Positions 38,780-53,103 of a stretch of DNA of 64,000 bases are shown piece after piece. The translations under genes were made by a program, and so were the position numbers. Location: the NCBI RefSeq assembly GCF_036321535.1, contig NC_087437.1, forward strand, positions 44,332,001 to 44,396,000, given 5' to 3'. The stretch is from Camelus dromedarius. Taxonomy: Eukaryota. The notes beneath the pieces are model-generated. The model saw only the letters and a list, made by a program, of their open reading frames with translations, did no database searches and was not told the origin of the DNA. Position 1 is the first letter of the stretch. Each line of letters starts with the position of its first letter.

Positions 38780-39660
38780 ATTCATTCAACTAATATTTAT
38801 TGAGGTCTAATTGGGTGGGAAGGCACAGTGTGGTAATGAATAAACAAATGAATAAGTTAAATGACATGAATAGATTGGACAGGAGCCTGTCCCCTAGGAG
38901 TTGACAGTCTAATAGAGGAGATGATACGGATAAACAAAGGGATTTAAATCAGTCAGGCAAACTGAGGTTCGAATCTTACTCTCTTACTTACATTAGGATT
39001 TTGGGCAAATGTCTGAAGCCCTGAGTGTCTAGTTTCTGAGTGGTAATTGTAACTCGTGGGATCCTCGTGAAGGTGAAGTAAGACCTGCATTCTAGCAGCC
39101 TAACTCAGTTCTGGCCCTCAGTATCAGTTACAAGTTGTAACAGTAACTGTTGAGTGTCTATTAATTGTCTGGTGTTCCTGTGAGATTGGAGGATGAACAA
39201 TGCATAAGATCCTGCCCTGTCCTCAGAGAGTTGATAGTCTGCTGGGAACAGCAGCAATGATGCAAAGGGCAACTCCTCCACACCATTATAAGTGCATGGC
39301 AGAGAATTGTAGGTGCAGATAGAAGGGGTACCCTAACACCATCTTGAGGGGTCTGGGTTAGCTTGAGGCCCAAAAACATTTGGGAATTAATGAAGCAGAG
39401 AAGGGCAGGTGAAGACTGTTTAGCGTGGAGAGAAAAATACATGCCCAAGGGAAATGCACAGTAACTTCTGGGAATTAAAGCAAAAGCCTGGCTACAGCGT
39501 GTGCATAGAGAAGGGAGTGAGGTATGGGAGGCTGGAGAGTTAGGTGGGGACTGGCCACAAAGGGAGGATGTCAGCCATGGGAGGAAGTTTGGCCTTTGTG
39601 TGAAAGTTAATGAGCAGCTATTGATATGTTTTAACAGAAGAAAACAGAGGAGGGTGTGGG
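38780..39660. mobile_element. Cluster of antisense L2 fragments with a sense MIR (about 38950-39130)
   Basis: ttcattcaactaatatttattgag (L2 3' end); ggttcgaatcttactctcttactta...ttgggcaaat (MIR); ccctgtcctcagagagttgatagtct (L2). Confidence 0.65.
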
Positions 39661-39924
39661 AGCAGGTAAGTGTGTGTGGATAGAGGTGTGGAGGCACAAG
39701 GTGAGCAAGTTCCTGTCTGATGTCTTAGATTTTCTCTTTGCAGTCAGTCATTTGCTGAGGATGAGCCAGAAGCTGGGATGGGATCACAGGGTAGGTAGGT
39801 TTATGCAAAGTGGAGAATTTTCCTCAATAGCTGAGGTGAGGTTTGAATCAACTGTGGGGTCATAAAAGGATTTCAAGTTATCACTGAGGATACAGTTGAA
39901 ATTAGAGTCTGCAAACATGAGGTC

Positions 39925-40065
39925 TGGTGGATAGGGAGGTGTACTTAGCCAGATTCCTGTTCAAGGGAGGATCACTACCCAGCTTTAGGGCATGTGCTCA
40001 GCACTTGGCCACCAGTTTTCCCTTCTGTCAGTCTGCTCCAGCTGCAGAGAGCCACCTCTCTAAGA
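39925..40065 (+). mobile_element. ERVL-type LTR 5' fragment
   Basis: tggtggatagggaggtgtacttagccagattcc...cagctgcagagagccacctc resembles old ERVL LTRs. Confidence 0.5.
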
Positions 40066-41259
40066 AACATCTTGATTTTCTTTGCCTCTGGAAAACCCAT
40101 GCAACAAAATTTGGCGATATCAACCTGGAGAATTTTTTTCAGCACATCTCAACAGGCCAGATTCAGATATATTAGGTGGACCACTGCTACAGTCTGGGGA
40201 CAGGGGTCCTATTAAGCAGGTGAGGCAGAGAAGCAACCGAGAATATAGGCAAGGGGTGATTTCAAGTGTTGGGTACATAGTCTACTTGATCATAGAGAAG
40301 AATGTGAAGAAGGAATTGTCTGAGAGAGGGTGAGGAAGTCCAGATGACTCCATAGACTAAAAGTAACAGTGGCATAACAAAGCTTGGTTGGGATTTCCAA
40401 CATGAACTCTTCAAAGAAATATTACACATTGATCACAATGGAGAAATCTATACATTTCATAAGAAAGTACAGTTGAGTCTTCTGTGGTGCTTAGAGATAG
40501 CAGGTGCTCACGTTGGGTAACCAATGTGCTGACAAAGGTTGATCGGACACCAGAATGTTAGTAATAGGCACTCTGTTTTTCTTCCCTAGATTCTCAGAGT
40601 CTAACCTAGTGACTAAATGAGCTAACTTTGAGACAAGCATTTAATGATAATGTATTCTGCTTCCGGAGAGTGTTTATTGTATTGCAAGGGACTTCCCCTT
40701 TTTATTCAAAGGATTAAGGTATTTTAGGCACTGACAGAAGCAGATGAGAACATAATTTAGCAGGTCAGGAGAACCTTCCACATCCCAGAGAACATTTCAT
40801 ATATTGCTATGTTCTCTGAAGACTTAACAGTATGGTATCAGTGAAAAACATTATGGCTGTTTGCATTCTTGTCTTCAGTATTGGTTTGATGAGTTCCTAA
40901 AGTCTTGTCTATTTGCAGACACCACCCACCCCTTCACTGGTGGCCAGCACAAGGCATGACACATATGAAGTATATGTTTGAAAAATCAATGTTTTGTATC
41001 TTTAGCAATGTATTTAGCCTATACTGTTCTTGCCCTTTCTGAATAAATTTAATCCTTCCCCATTTGTGCATCTCAGTTTGAGAAATTTTATGAAGTGTAT
41101 TAAGCAAAGTTCCAGTTGCCACTGTTAAGTCTAAAATGCTATAGATTAACATGTCATTTATGATGATGTATAACTTTGAATAAGTCATGTTTTAATTTTA
41201 AAATATTATGAATTTGCTTATATATAGAGAGAGTACACTTTGAATATATACTGAGATCT

Positions 41260-41460
41260 TGCTACTTACATTACTATATATTTTATTCTTAATCCTCTTA
41301 ACAACCCTGTGAAATTGTGCTGTTATTTTACTCATTTTACAAATGGGAAACTGAGGCACAGAGTTATGGAGTCATTTGCTTGAGGCTTTCTCTAAGAAGC
41401 AGAACCTGGATTTAAACCCAGGAGTTGGCATCCAAAGCCGGTGGCCTTTTCCACTGTGTT
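41260..41460 (-). mobile_element. MIR SINE
   Basis: ttaatcctcttaacaaccctgtga...cattttacaaatgggaaactgaggcacagag...ggatttaaacccagg. Confidence 0.9.
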
Positions 41461-41869
41461 CTATAGCTTCAATTCTTTCTGCAAAATATAGTTTAAATAC
41501 CTTCTCCTAGATTCCCTGAACCACAGCCTGTGTCAGGTAACATGTGCAGCCTTTCTTATTCAGTATTTTATAGAGGCACATTGGTTCTGTAGATAGGTCT
41601 TCACTTCATTCTCTGAGGATGACAAATCTCCTGTTAATACTTGATTCACACATGATTTTGGGGTCTTTGAAAGGTATTCCAACTTGTCACGTTCTTTTTG
41701 GAGAGAGAGATGAATACCTGTCCCTAGTATATCTTTTCATCTGTGCTATAGAATGTTTTTGTAGTTTATATCACATTTTAACTTTTTGTAATGCGTGATC
41801 ATGAATGTATTGAAAGACTTCGTTTTAAAATATTTTTAAGATGAATAATTTGGTTCTTTCTAGAGGAAA

Positions 41870-42090
41870 CAGTAGAGGCCTTGGAGCCTGGAAGATCTGC
41901 CTGCAAGAGTGTGACAGTGGACACTACCCCTACGTAGTGTGTGATTTGGGGCAAGTTTCCTGCCTCAGTTTCTTCCCATTAAAGTGTAACACATTGAAGG
42001 GTCATTGCAAGAACTGAATAATTATACACATGTGCACATACGTGCTTGCTAGCTCTCATATGTGCTGCCTAATGAAGTGTCCATAAATGC
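41870..42090 (+). mobile_element. MIR SINE
   Basis: ttggagcctgga...tagtgtgtgatttggggcaagtttcctgcctcagtttc. Confidence 0.7.
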
Positions 42091-43499
42091 CCTCCCTGTC
42101 TTAGCGCATGTAAATATTCCCCTTTGTTAACTCATGCAAAGATACATTGCAGTAATGTATACTAGGCAACAGCAGTGCTTATTCTCTTTGATTCTAAATA
42201 TCAGTTCTTTGCACTGAAAATGTTTCAGCTAGGCTATCCTTTTTGCCGTTTCTGAAAATAATCTAGTTGCAGAATTGCTAACTCTACATTGTGCCAGTCA
42301 TAAACAATTGATGGAAACCTCAGGATTTTATTTGGCATCTCAATATAAATTAAATATTAATTTAAATTTATAAATTAAACGTTCCAGTAACTTAATTGTT
42401 AATAATAGAAAAAAGGAAGAGAAAATAATAATCTAGCATTCATTCTAAGTCCTTTTGTAGAGAAGCTAGTATTGAATAAGGGAGGCACTTGAAAAACTGG
42501 CAAATAGATTTTATAGAAAATAATTTGTTAAATCCCGAAGTACCTGTAAATAGAATAGTGTCTGGCATGGGATTTGGGGAATAAATGTATTAGCTGTTAG
42601 GTTTGTTTTTTTCCTTTAATGATACGGAAGCTGCTCTCAGAATAATTATCTTTTTGCTCATTCCTACACTTAGTAAGGAATGGAATGGAGATTTGATTTA
42701 ATTTTATTTAACCTCAAAGCTGTTGTTCCCACCACCACACCATTCTAGCTTGCTATGAGTAATATGCATTATTGTAGAAACAATTTTATTCTTTTTCTGT
42801 CTTTTTGAAAAATTGACTTAAAGGAAATTTTCTTAAATTTTCATCAGGAGAAACTAAGCAAATACATAAAGAATAACATTAAAAGAGCTGAAAAGAATTT
42901 AAAAGAATGACAAAAATATTAGACCTTGGGGATGATTCTTTTTTCAAATCATTCTATTTCATTTCCTCTTGGGTTATTAAAGAAGACTTATAAAACACTG
43001 TCTTTCTTGAATAATGTAAACCAAGAATCATCCAGCACGGCATGCTTTTACAAGTTAGGATTCATTCTAAGTACTAGCTTCATGGAATTTTAAAGTTTGC
43101 AGAGTTGAAAGAGAAAAACAGAACTTCAATTAATTAAGCTTTATTCTTGTAATTTAAAGGTAGCAGCTTTACAAAGACTCCAATCTAAGACTGCCCAGCA
43201 GACAGCAGGGATTAGTTACTGTAGACAAAGCCAATCCATTAATGGTTATACCAGAAATGTATGTAAGCCAAGCCTGTGTGTGTCCGATTATAGAAATAAC
43301 ACATATTAGCATAAAAACTCTCTATATTGAGAAAATGTAAAGAATAAGAGCAAAACTCTCATGACTGCACAGTCCAGAGAGAGTCACTGTTAGCACATTT
43401 GACTCTTTCCTCTGCTTATTCTTAGAAAATGTAATCTGCACACACAGACCCAGGCTGTACACAGAACTGACCATGCTGCTTGTTCCACTGTTTTTGTTT

Positions 43500-43900
43500 T
43501 TTTTTTTTCCCCTCTGTGTTTTTAGAGAGCTCCTCAGATTTACTTTCTAAATCCCTGAATAGATTTTCTTCGGGACCAATTATGGTGTTGAATACCTCCA
43601 ATGCTGATTTTAGCTTTGCTGTTGTGTTTTTCAGCTTTTTGTAATTTTTACTCATCTTCGGAAATACTCTTTGAATCTCAGCCTGATGCCTGATCGCATA
43701 GAAAATTACAAGATTTCAAAGAGATCTTGTATGTCTTCAATACAATAGTTTCAAATTCTTCATTTACTGGTATTAAATCTTTTTTTCCCTTAAATAAATT
43801 TTTCCCCTTCAAAAAAATTCTCTTTTTTCGTCACCATGCTCTCCTTCCCTTAACTTACTGCATTTTTTCATACTTACTAAATTTTAAATCTTTGAATTCA
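43500..43900 (-). mobile_element. Ancient L1/HAL1 ORF1 coiled-coil remnant
   Basis: Minus-strand translation KLKNTTAKLKSALEVFNTIIGPEENLFRDLESKSEELSKN resembles the L1 ORF1p heptad region (ELKNTITELKNSLEGFNSRLDQAEERISELEDK-type). Confidence 0.6.
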
Positions 43901-46900
43901 TCTTTGGAGAGAGAAGGATTCTGGAGGATCTAGTCTTGGCCAATAGGCAAGGTGGTTGCCTTGCACCCCTTCCTGTTCATTTAGGTGGTGGCAACATTTC
44001 TGTAGCCGATATATACCATGTTGGAATGACCCTTGTAAACCGGTGTCCGTTCACCTCCTGTAAGGCAGTATCAGCTGTGTCCACTGATGTGCTAATACTT
44101 TTGGCTACCTGGATTTTTAATTTAGTAAGTTGCTCATATATGTTCAGTTAGATTTCGAGACATTTCTATCTCCCAGTGTACCTACTTAGTGGTGGCATTC
44201 AACAAATACAAACCCACCAGCAGATCTAGATGTTAAGGACTTTGAACAGATTATTTTCAGAATTAAAGTTTCTGTGGGTTTGACAGTGAATGAAACCTAA
44301 CAGAAAGAAAATGATTTTTTTCTTTGCTTTGACCTTTCTTGAGCCTGTTTTATAAATCTGGGCTCAAAGATAAAGCAGTTTAGACATAGTACTGAAGTAG
44401 TTCATTCTTTGCTAACTTACTGATACCAAAGCATTAAATCTTATATTACTCTCATGAAACTCCTCAGTAGTTTTTCACCTGAATTATTAATGCTATTGCA
44501 AAAATGTGTACTTCCTATTAATTTTGCACAAAATTAATTATTTTGGCAATAATGATTTACTGTTCCTTATAATTATAGTATTTAAAATTTCTTAAAAAAT
44601 ATATTCTGGAACAATCCTCCCTACTATTTCAAAGAATTTTGAAGTTGAAAGGAATCCTGTCTTTTAATGAATATAATAAAATTGCTGTTAAAGCTTTTTA
44701 TTATTTCAGACCTATAGCTAGAATCAAGTACTGACTGACTCCTGTGGATGTGGAAATTGTTTTATACGTTTTTGTAGCATACGGATTGGATTAACATAAT
44801 TTTCTGTTTTCGCCTTTGTCAGAATTCTCATTGTAGAAAATGTGACACATACTGTATTTGGTAATAAGTATGATTCATGCTTCCCACAGGATAGTGAAAA
44901 ATCTCACCAGTTGAAGTCTCCCTATTGGTTTATTATGAACTGTGTTGAATTTTAAATTTGGCTGATGTATGTCTGACTCTTAAATAATCTTTTTACACAA
45001 ACTAAACTCAGTTCCATTCAAATGTATTCTAGATAATTATTAGATCATGAGGAGAGTCTCTAGTGTACCCAGAGGTGGGATGACTATGGGAAGCTACGCA
45101 AAATGGTCTGAAAGAAGCATCAAATATCTCCTCCCATTGGTAGAAAAATGAATAAATGTCAGTATTGTGCTTATTTGAGATTTTAGTCTGAGCTTTCCCC
45201 TGTCTGCCCTCTGGTGGGACTAATAAGTAACTGGCCAGCCAGAATAATTAGCAGTGAGAGAAGGCAGAGAGAAGGCAGAAGAAAAATACAGATAAATAGA
45301 GGTGAAATGAAGCTCAGAGTTTTACTTACCTTACTTTGCAGAGTTGAGCATAACACATGTATTACTAACAGTACACAGGATGGCGTAGATTTTGAAGAAT
45401 AAATGGCTTCAGTCACATGAACATAATAGACAAATAATGAAAAAAGATCTGGCTACTATTTTCCTCCATTGTGTGTGTGTGTTTTCCATGTAACTAGTTG
45501 ATGACAAAATAATAGTAGGAAAATCAATTAATTACTTATTTGCTTTCTGTGTGCAAAAGTGCTGGTTTGATTTTTCCCTTTTTAAAAAAAATTTTTTTTC
45601 ACCAAATGTAATTAAATTATGATTTACTGGCATTATGCAGATACATACTCTTCTTCCAAAGTCTGAAATGGAGCACTTATTTAATCACAAAAATGCACAT
45701 AAAGTAAGTAGCTTAATTTTAATGTAGTTCTCAAATTATTTACATTTAAGCAGATCTTTCTAGGTAGAAGCACTGATTTTGCCTGAGACATTCTCTTAAG
45801 AAGGTCAACAGATATCTTCTGAACTAAATTTAGAGTTAAAAAAAGCAATTAAGTCTAAATCTTAGTGAAAGATCAATATTTTACATTTAATTTCTTCACA
45901 CTTTTTTGTGATTACCAACTTTCAGTTTACTCAAGACAAAAGTGGAACTATGATCTATCATTTCATAAACGGAAGCCTATTTTTACATCAAAAAGGAAGA
46001 ATTTTAAGAATTGCATCTAATTTTATGAAGCAGTTTATTAAAACTCGCTGCAACTCCTAATCGACATTTTAATGTCTCCCTAACACTGACGCACTGACTG
46101 CATTATGTAGCTAACCTTTCACAGCCTACCTAAAACATTAACATTTTATCTTTTTCTTAAAAATTTTTTTCTCTTCCCATTCTTATAAAATCATTGGGTT
46201 AGTTGCCATGACAGCAAGATATTATTTATTTGAGGGAAAATGGTAACATATTTTAGTTGATAATTGTTTTCCTTTCTTTATTAGGGATATTAAAGGTTTG
46301 AGTTTTTATTTCTTCCACTTAAAACACAGCTATAAAAGTGTGAGTCCGTAGCACCAAAGTAGTAGCTTGAACCTGAACACATTCAATCCATCGTGAGAGA
46401 AACCATTTCTTCCGTATGGAACCGATTCGTGTGGTGTGGTGCTTAAAATCTTGGGACTCCAGAAAGCCAGCTGCTTTTGCTGAGGTATTCAAAGACTCTT
46501 GGCAGCTAGCCAGGTTGGTGCAGTGCTCAAACCCACTGCTTGCGTGTTTGACAGTAACATCTGGCAGCACAGATGCTGAATTCTAGAGAGCCATAATTAT
46601 TCGGAGAGAAGGGAAAAGTTGTCTTACACAGTCATTCTCATGCTCCTACTGCAGGTATTAGTAAGAGACAGTCATTTTGTACTTCCCTGTCGGCATATGT
46701 TTTCCCAGTTTTGTAGATGAAATTTTTGGATCACATGCAACATTGAGATTAAGAATCATTTTGTGTTTTTAAGCAATAGAAAGGTTTCAAAAGAGCATAC
46801 AGGATGTGATGAAAATGTTTTGTTGTTCCTAAGTTCCTGTTCAATAGCCATTGACCGAGGTGCCAAAAATTCAGAGGCTAGCCTGTTCAAGGAAAAGTTG

Positions 46901-49900
46901 ATGATAGTAACCTCTCTTGGATTCACACTGTTCTGGAGCCACTCATAAATAAGACTGTCAGATTTTGTACCAGTGAAAGGTGTTTGTCCTAGCTTTGTTT
47001 ATCTTAGCTGTTAAGAATCCCCTTTCCCTATTTTTCTCTCTCTCTGAGACAGATTATTATTTAAAAGGATATGACAGGTGTCGGTGCTTCTATATGTTGT
47101 TTGTCTTTTAGAAGCAATATGTTATACACCAAGTGTACCCACAAATATAACGGTCTAGAGTCTCTTGGTAGCCCTGACCTCCAGGACTCAGAAACTGAGA
47201 TTTATAATTTGGTCTCATAGTAACAGGTTTAGATTGCCTGTTTTAATTTCCTCTGTTTGCCAGAGTTCATGGGAACAAGTAATGGTCATTTTTAAGGAAT
47301 ATAAATATGATCAGGGTGGATCATGTATGTATATGTATCATATATGTAATCTTACATGTAATGCCAGGGTGGGCATTACAAATTTTACTTCTCTGCTGCT
47401 CACTCTGGAAATCTGAATACAAGGCTGCCGTGTATCGGTTTTTACATTCTTTGCTTCATCAAATATTAACGATAGCCTACAATGTGTAAGGTATTCTGGT
47501 AGTTGCCAAATGTACATTAGTGAATGAAACTGGCGTAATCCCTGCCCTCATGTAGTTTACAGGTTAGTCACAGGAATTATAAATTCAAATGCCTTCAGAG
47601 CCAAGTAAATAAGGAAAATGAGGGAATCTGTGAATAAAAATTAGTGGTAGAGGCAGTGGCTAAAGAGGAGTGAATATTCTATTAGACAGAATTCAAATTC
47701 AAAATTTGTTTAAACAATGAGGCATATTTTTAAAAAAGAGATACACCTGGAGACTAAGCACCTTATGTGGCTCTCTGCTCATGCGTTCGAGCTTACCGTA
47801 GTGAGTTAGAGTAGGGATGTCCCAGCCCAATGACTGTGAGAATTGTGTCTGCATTGGCAGGCTCGTCTTCTCGTTTACCTCTTTGCACATTATGAGTGAC
47901 ATGCAGTCGGGGGCCTGAAGGAGCCAGGGTGAGTTTTCAAGTCCCTGATCATCAAGCAGCTACAAACGCCTGGCTGAATAGGCAGCCACCTTAGGCACTG
48001 CTGACCTACCACTGATTGGTTCCATGTTGGTCAGGCTGGGCTGCTGTCGGCTCTGGTCAAATTCAGCAGTTCTGGCCTGTAGGCTGGCTTCTTTACAGGC
48101 AGTGGCTTGTCTTCCATTAGCATCCTATTAATCGTCTTATAGACTGGGAATTGTCTTTTAATTCATAGCAAATAGTTTGTTTTCTAGAGGGTAAACTATC
48201 ATGAGATTACTTTAATGTGAACTTAGATCAGACTACTTCTTGGTCAGAAATTGTCATGCTTTTTTGATTGAGCATCACAGAAACAAAAAAATCACCTAAA
48301 GATAAATAATGACATAGTAATGATTTGACTGTACATTCTATATATACATTATACCACTCTTCCATGTATTGTGTGAATTACAAAACCTATGCCAAAAAAT
48401 ATATATTTTTAAAAGGGTGAAATGTCTTAATCTTGTCAAGTGTGCACATAAAGTATTATCCGTTTGCCTCACATCAAGTCAAAGGCTGAAAATTAATAGT
48501 AACAGTAATAAAATAACAAATACTGACGTTTATTCAGTGTTTATTACCTTTTAGACACAGTTAACATCAGAGAAATTAAACAAAATAATTACCAAGTGTA
48601 TTTTCTAACTTTAGTATAAAATAAAATTACTAATGTTTATTACCACCATTCTTGTTCATTATTCAACAGATTAAAAGTAATGTCCTCTTTATAGTTTTTA
48701 ATAGCTGGTGTCAGTAGGGTAATGCCTTACTAGTCTATTATAAGCTGGATTTTCTTTGATTAAGACTTTATAAGTATGGCTATATTGTAGAAAGTTATCA
48801 GCAGTGATTTCTAAAACTTTGAACAGGAAGATTGGCATATAAATAACACAATGAGGTTGAAATTTCTATAATACACATAGCAACATTTAGCCGTGTTTCT
48901 AGGATCATGGAACTAGTTATTTGTTTTTGTCTCTAACAGGGCAACCCATGGTAAACTAAACCTAATACAAATTTGTTCCATGATTTGAACCATCAAAATA
49001 CTGTGAATAAAAAGTTAGGGTGTCTTTGATGATTTCCTTCTACAATGGTACACGAGAAACTAGGACTCTAATACTCATATGTTGGTACTTAATTGCTAGG
49101 GAAGATTAAAGAAAACTGATCAAAAATATATAGAAGTAGAACAAGGATTTGGTGGTGATGAGGAAAATAATATGAATATTCAAGAATTTATACATTATGT
49201 AAATTCTAGCACATCTAAATAGGATCCCAGGTAAGGGCTCTTTGAGAAGAAGCCATGAGATTTTATTACTAAATAGAAATCACACATTCACAAGGATAAA
49301 CTTTCTTCCAAGCTTGAGGTGCAAACACATGGCGTATCTCTTTTATTTTTCCATTTGATTGCCTGAGAACCTGCATGCCTCATTCACAGGAAATATACCG
49401 CTTACCTTTTGAAGATCTCCTTCCTGCTGCACTTCCCTAAACCTTAAAGGTTTACATGATTCGAAAGGTGTCTAGCTTTTCCACCAAGATGGGCAAAGAA
49501 ATGGGAGCCCATTCCACTCACTCTCCAGCTGCTGTTGCTTTTCTGCACTATGTCATGTCAGTGTTGAACACTAGACTACCCTTCTGACAAAGTGTTCTCT
49601 GATGCAGTGAGGCTTCCCTCACTGAGAACCATTTCCAGGCTACCTTGATTCCATGCAAGAACAACTGAACCTTCTCAGTCTAACAGCAGAGGTTGCCCTA
49701 TGCCCAGGGCACATGTCCTCATGGAGGAGGAGGACCCATCTTCAGATGTGGCTTTTTGGCTCACATATGAAACTTTGTCCATAGGTGCCACTTTACCATA
49801 GGGTCACTGTCTCAGTGCTAGATGTCACTTGCTGTGTGTGGTACACTTAAAACTTCTGTTGCTTGGTGAAATCTAGGGTTCAAAGACCATTACATTTTAG

Positions 49901-50654
49901 ACTTCTAAAACAAAAAACACTTAATTGCATCCTCTACTGAGAGAAGAGATCACTACTCAGTATCTGAAACCAAAAAAGTAGAGTAAGGAAGAGTTACACT
50001 GGTTAGGCACAGTCCTACTGAGCAAAGCAAACTTAAATCTCATTTAGATCATTGGCATATGAATTACAAACTTGGGGGTAGGTTAAGGAGGACTTAGACG
50101 CTTTTGCACTGGAGTGAGTTACTGCTCATTGGCTAACTTTCCAAGGATGAGGCTGTCATTGACTGGTTGGCTTTCAGAGGCTGTTCACTGAAGTGAATTG
50201 TCATTGATTGATGAAAATTTTTAAATCAGTCCTAAAGCTTAGAACAATTAGACTTTACCGAGTAGTGTGGAAACCTTGTTACTCTCATCTCTTTCCCCAA
50301 TTTGTTGAACTTTCCATACTCTTTTTAACCAACTCTTCTGAAGGGGTTTGACTGAATTTATTCAAAGTGACTCCCTGTGTAAAGGAGTCTGCAAAGTGAC
50401 TGACTTTTCTAACAGCTTGTTCCTTGCTGATTCCAATATCACATTCCTTTTTCTGAGGACCAGAGGATGCCTTTAGTGGTTTCAAGGTAATTTTTCTGAT
50501 ACCTTCATCACTAGGAAAAAATATTATAAAACATAAATTTTGTTTCTGTTGCGTTATCCCACTAGACTATGAAGATTGAATCCATTTATTATAAGCATTA
50601 CAATAAGGTAAATCATCTGTCTACCCTAGGAAGGCAAGCCTTCATTCTCACAGA

Positions 50655-50905
50655 GGTAGTGTAGCATCATAGCTAAGAACACAGATTTTAAAGGAGTGAT
50701 TGCTACTTACTTACTAGGTGACTTTGAGAAACTTACTTAACCTCCCCATGCCTTTCTTTGTCATCTACAAAATGGATGTAAAATATTACTTTGTTATTGA
50801 GTTGTTATTAGATTAAATGAATTAATATATGCAAAGTGTTTAGAACAGTGCTGGTACATGGTGCTCTATAATAATAGCATGTGTGTGTGTTCGCTTTCAT
50901 TACTA
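50655..50905 (+). mobile_element. MIR SINE, near full length
   Basis: gtgtagcatcatagctaagaacacaga...gtgactttgagaaacttacttaacctc...agattaaatgaattaatatatgcaaagtgtttagaacagtgctgg. Confidence 0.9.
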
Positions 50906-51386
50906 TTAATATCATAGATAAAAATAAGGTCACTTTTGCACCTGGGTAGTTGAGAAGAAAAGGAAGAAGCCTTGCAATTTGTCATCACATTTGCTATGTT
51001 TTTCTCACTTCTCAGGAGCAATGGAGGGTATTTTTTGACACCTAAACTGTAAAGAATTGAGAATCAAGATAAATTACACAAAATATAACAGAAGGATCAG
51101 AGTCCCAGATATCTCTTTACCTCTGATGAAAGCCACTCTGAGTTAGAGAATTCATAGCAACTCCACAGTACTCTGCTTACTTCAAATCCCTGTTATTTTA
51201 TGAAGTTAAAATAAGTCCAAAATGAGTAAGAGCAACCTTTGAATAACAGTAAGGGAAGGAATGTCAGAAAGGAAAGTCAAAGGTGTGTGAGTGAGGAGGA
51301 GTCCCTCAGATTTTGTTAGCATGGGTGTGTTACAAATTGGCTATGTTTACGTGATGTTCAGGATTTTCAAACCCACCTGAGTCCCT

Positions 51387-51545
51387 GGTTCTCTATTCTG
51401 GCTGCACATAACAAACACTTGGAAAGGTTTCAAAACAGAAGGTGCCTGAACCCCACCTCGGACCTCTGCGGCAGTGGCGCCTCGGGATCAGCAATTTTTT
51501 GAAGCTCCCCAAAGCGTACAACCACCAGGTTAGAGAATCGCTCAA
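51387..51545. mobile_element. MER5A-like hAT element
   Basis: ggttctctattctggctgcacata...gcctgaaccccacc...atcagcaattttttgaagctcccca...aggttagagaatc. Confidence 0.7.
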
Positions 51546-51984
51546 GTCTTGTAGGTGCACCTTGGCTGCTGGGTGCCTGGGGTTTGCAGTAGCTGCAGCA
51601 GTTACCCATGGCACTGGCTTCTTCACCAGGCATCCACCCGTGTCTCTGAACTTTAGCAACTGATGTGTTAAGGCTCAAAGTGAGGAAACAAACCTGGCTG
51701 GCTACAGACAGAAACTATGGAGTCTTACCCAGCAAGAGTAGTTCAGGAAGCTTCTGGTTATAAATGAAGAGGAGAGTAAGATGAATGATGATCTTTATGC
51801 TGGGAATTGATTCTTAGTACTTCAAATGTATAGCAGATTTTTGTTTTCTCTTCTTAGTATCCTTTTTTATTTGTTTTAAGCAGGGTCTTGAATACAGCTA
51901 TGTCATACATGAATTATTATTTCTACTGATGTCTTAAGAGTTCCTGTTTCTCTAGATGTTTATAAGTTTTGCATTTAGAGGCTC

Positions 51985-52165
51985 TAGATGGTGTGTCCCA
52001 ATGATTGCATGTTAGAATTACCTGAGAAGCTTTCTAGAGATACAGATCCTTGGACCTCATCTGAGATCAGTTGAATCAGACTATTTGAGGGTGGGGCACA
52101 GATATTGAATTTTTTTTTAAAGCTGCCCAAATAACAATGTGTACCCAAGTTTGAGAACAATTTAC
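51985..52165. mobile_element. MER5A-like hAT element
   Basis: tgcatgttagaattacctgagaagcttt...tgaatcagactatttgagggtggggc...ccaagtttgagaac. Confidence 0.8.
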
Positions 52166-53103
52166 TTAAGAGGTGTAGATAATACAGTAACTCAGAAAAG
52201 CAAAGAAATATATGCTAAGAGACAAGGAAAATAGTGCGGCTTAAAATTTGGCAAAATTTGAGGGGAAAAATGTGGAATACATCTTTCTAGAAATATTCTA
52301 GGCTTTTCGTAGGTGATAATTAAGCAGTGAATTAAAGTCAGACTTGTTCAAGGAGGTGAAGTAAAAGACCATTTGAAGTTGTTAAACTCAGGGTTCATGT
52401 TTCTCAATTAAATCGATTGTCAAGAGGGAGTGTTTTTCAGCATTTTGATGTGATCCCAATACTGGAGTAAAATACTGAAGTGAATCATAGATTTAAAATG
52501 AGACCATACTCATTTGGAAGCATGTTAGACTCCATGTTCTTTATTCTCAGCCTGATCTTGAGATAAGTAGTTCTTCTACCTCAAGGAAGATAGTATTAAT
52601 AATTTCTTGTATGACTGAAGTTCATTATTTGAAGGTGAAATATGTGATTTATTGAATTACATATGACATGATCAACGATTGATTATGCGTGCTTTTCCCT
52701 ACATTGCTTTTTTATTTGAACACTATGTTGAAATCACTCCTCACTGGCTTTGGAAAGTATAAAAAACGTGACTCTAGAATATGATGTAATAAATCATTTG
52801 GTGTATCCTATGTTTTTTGTGTTATTTTTAAATATTATTCAATGATGAGATATACTGATTGAATTACTAAATCTTACTCTTTGTTAAGCTACTAAAAGTT
52901 TGTCTATTCTTCCAGAATATTGGCTTGAGGATTTCTGGAACTAGCTCTCACTTAATTTCAATAATTGACAACTTCTCATGTGATCACAAACCTAGTTGGG
53001 TACAGCTGACCTCCAGAAAAGAAGGGGAGATTTACCTCCATAACTGCTGTTTTCAAGCTGAAAAAAAAAGATATTTCAAATTAAATGACCTGTTATATCC
53101 CAC

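Noticed and set aside
39161..39697. 178-aa minus-strand ORF, the longest in the track
   Set aside because: Lies in degraded L2 sequence; no recognisable domain or splice context.
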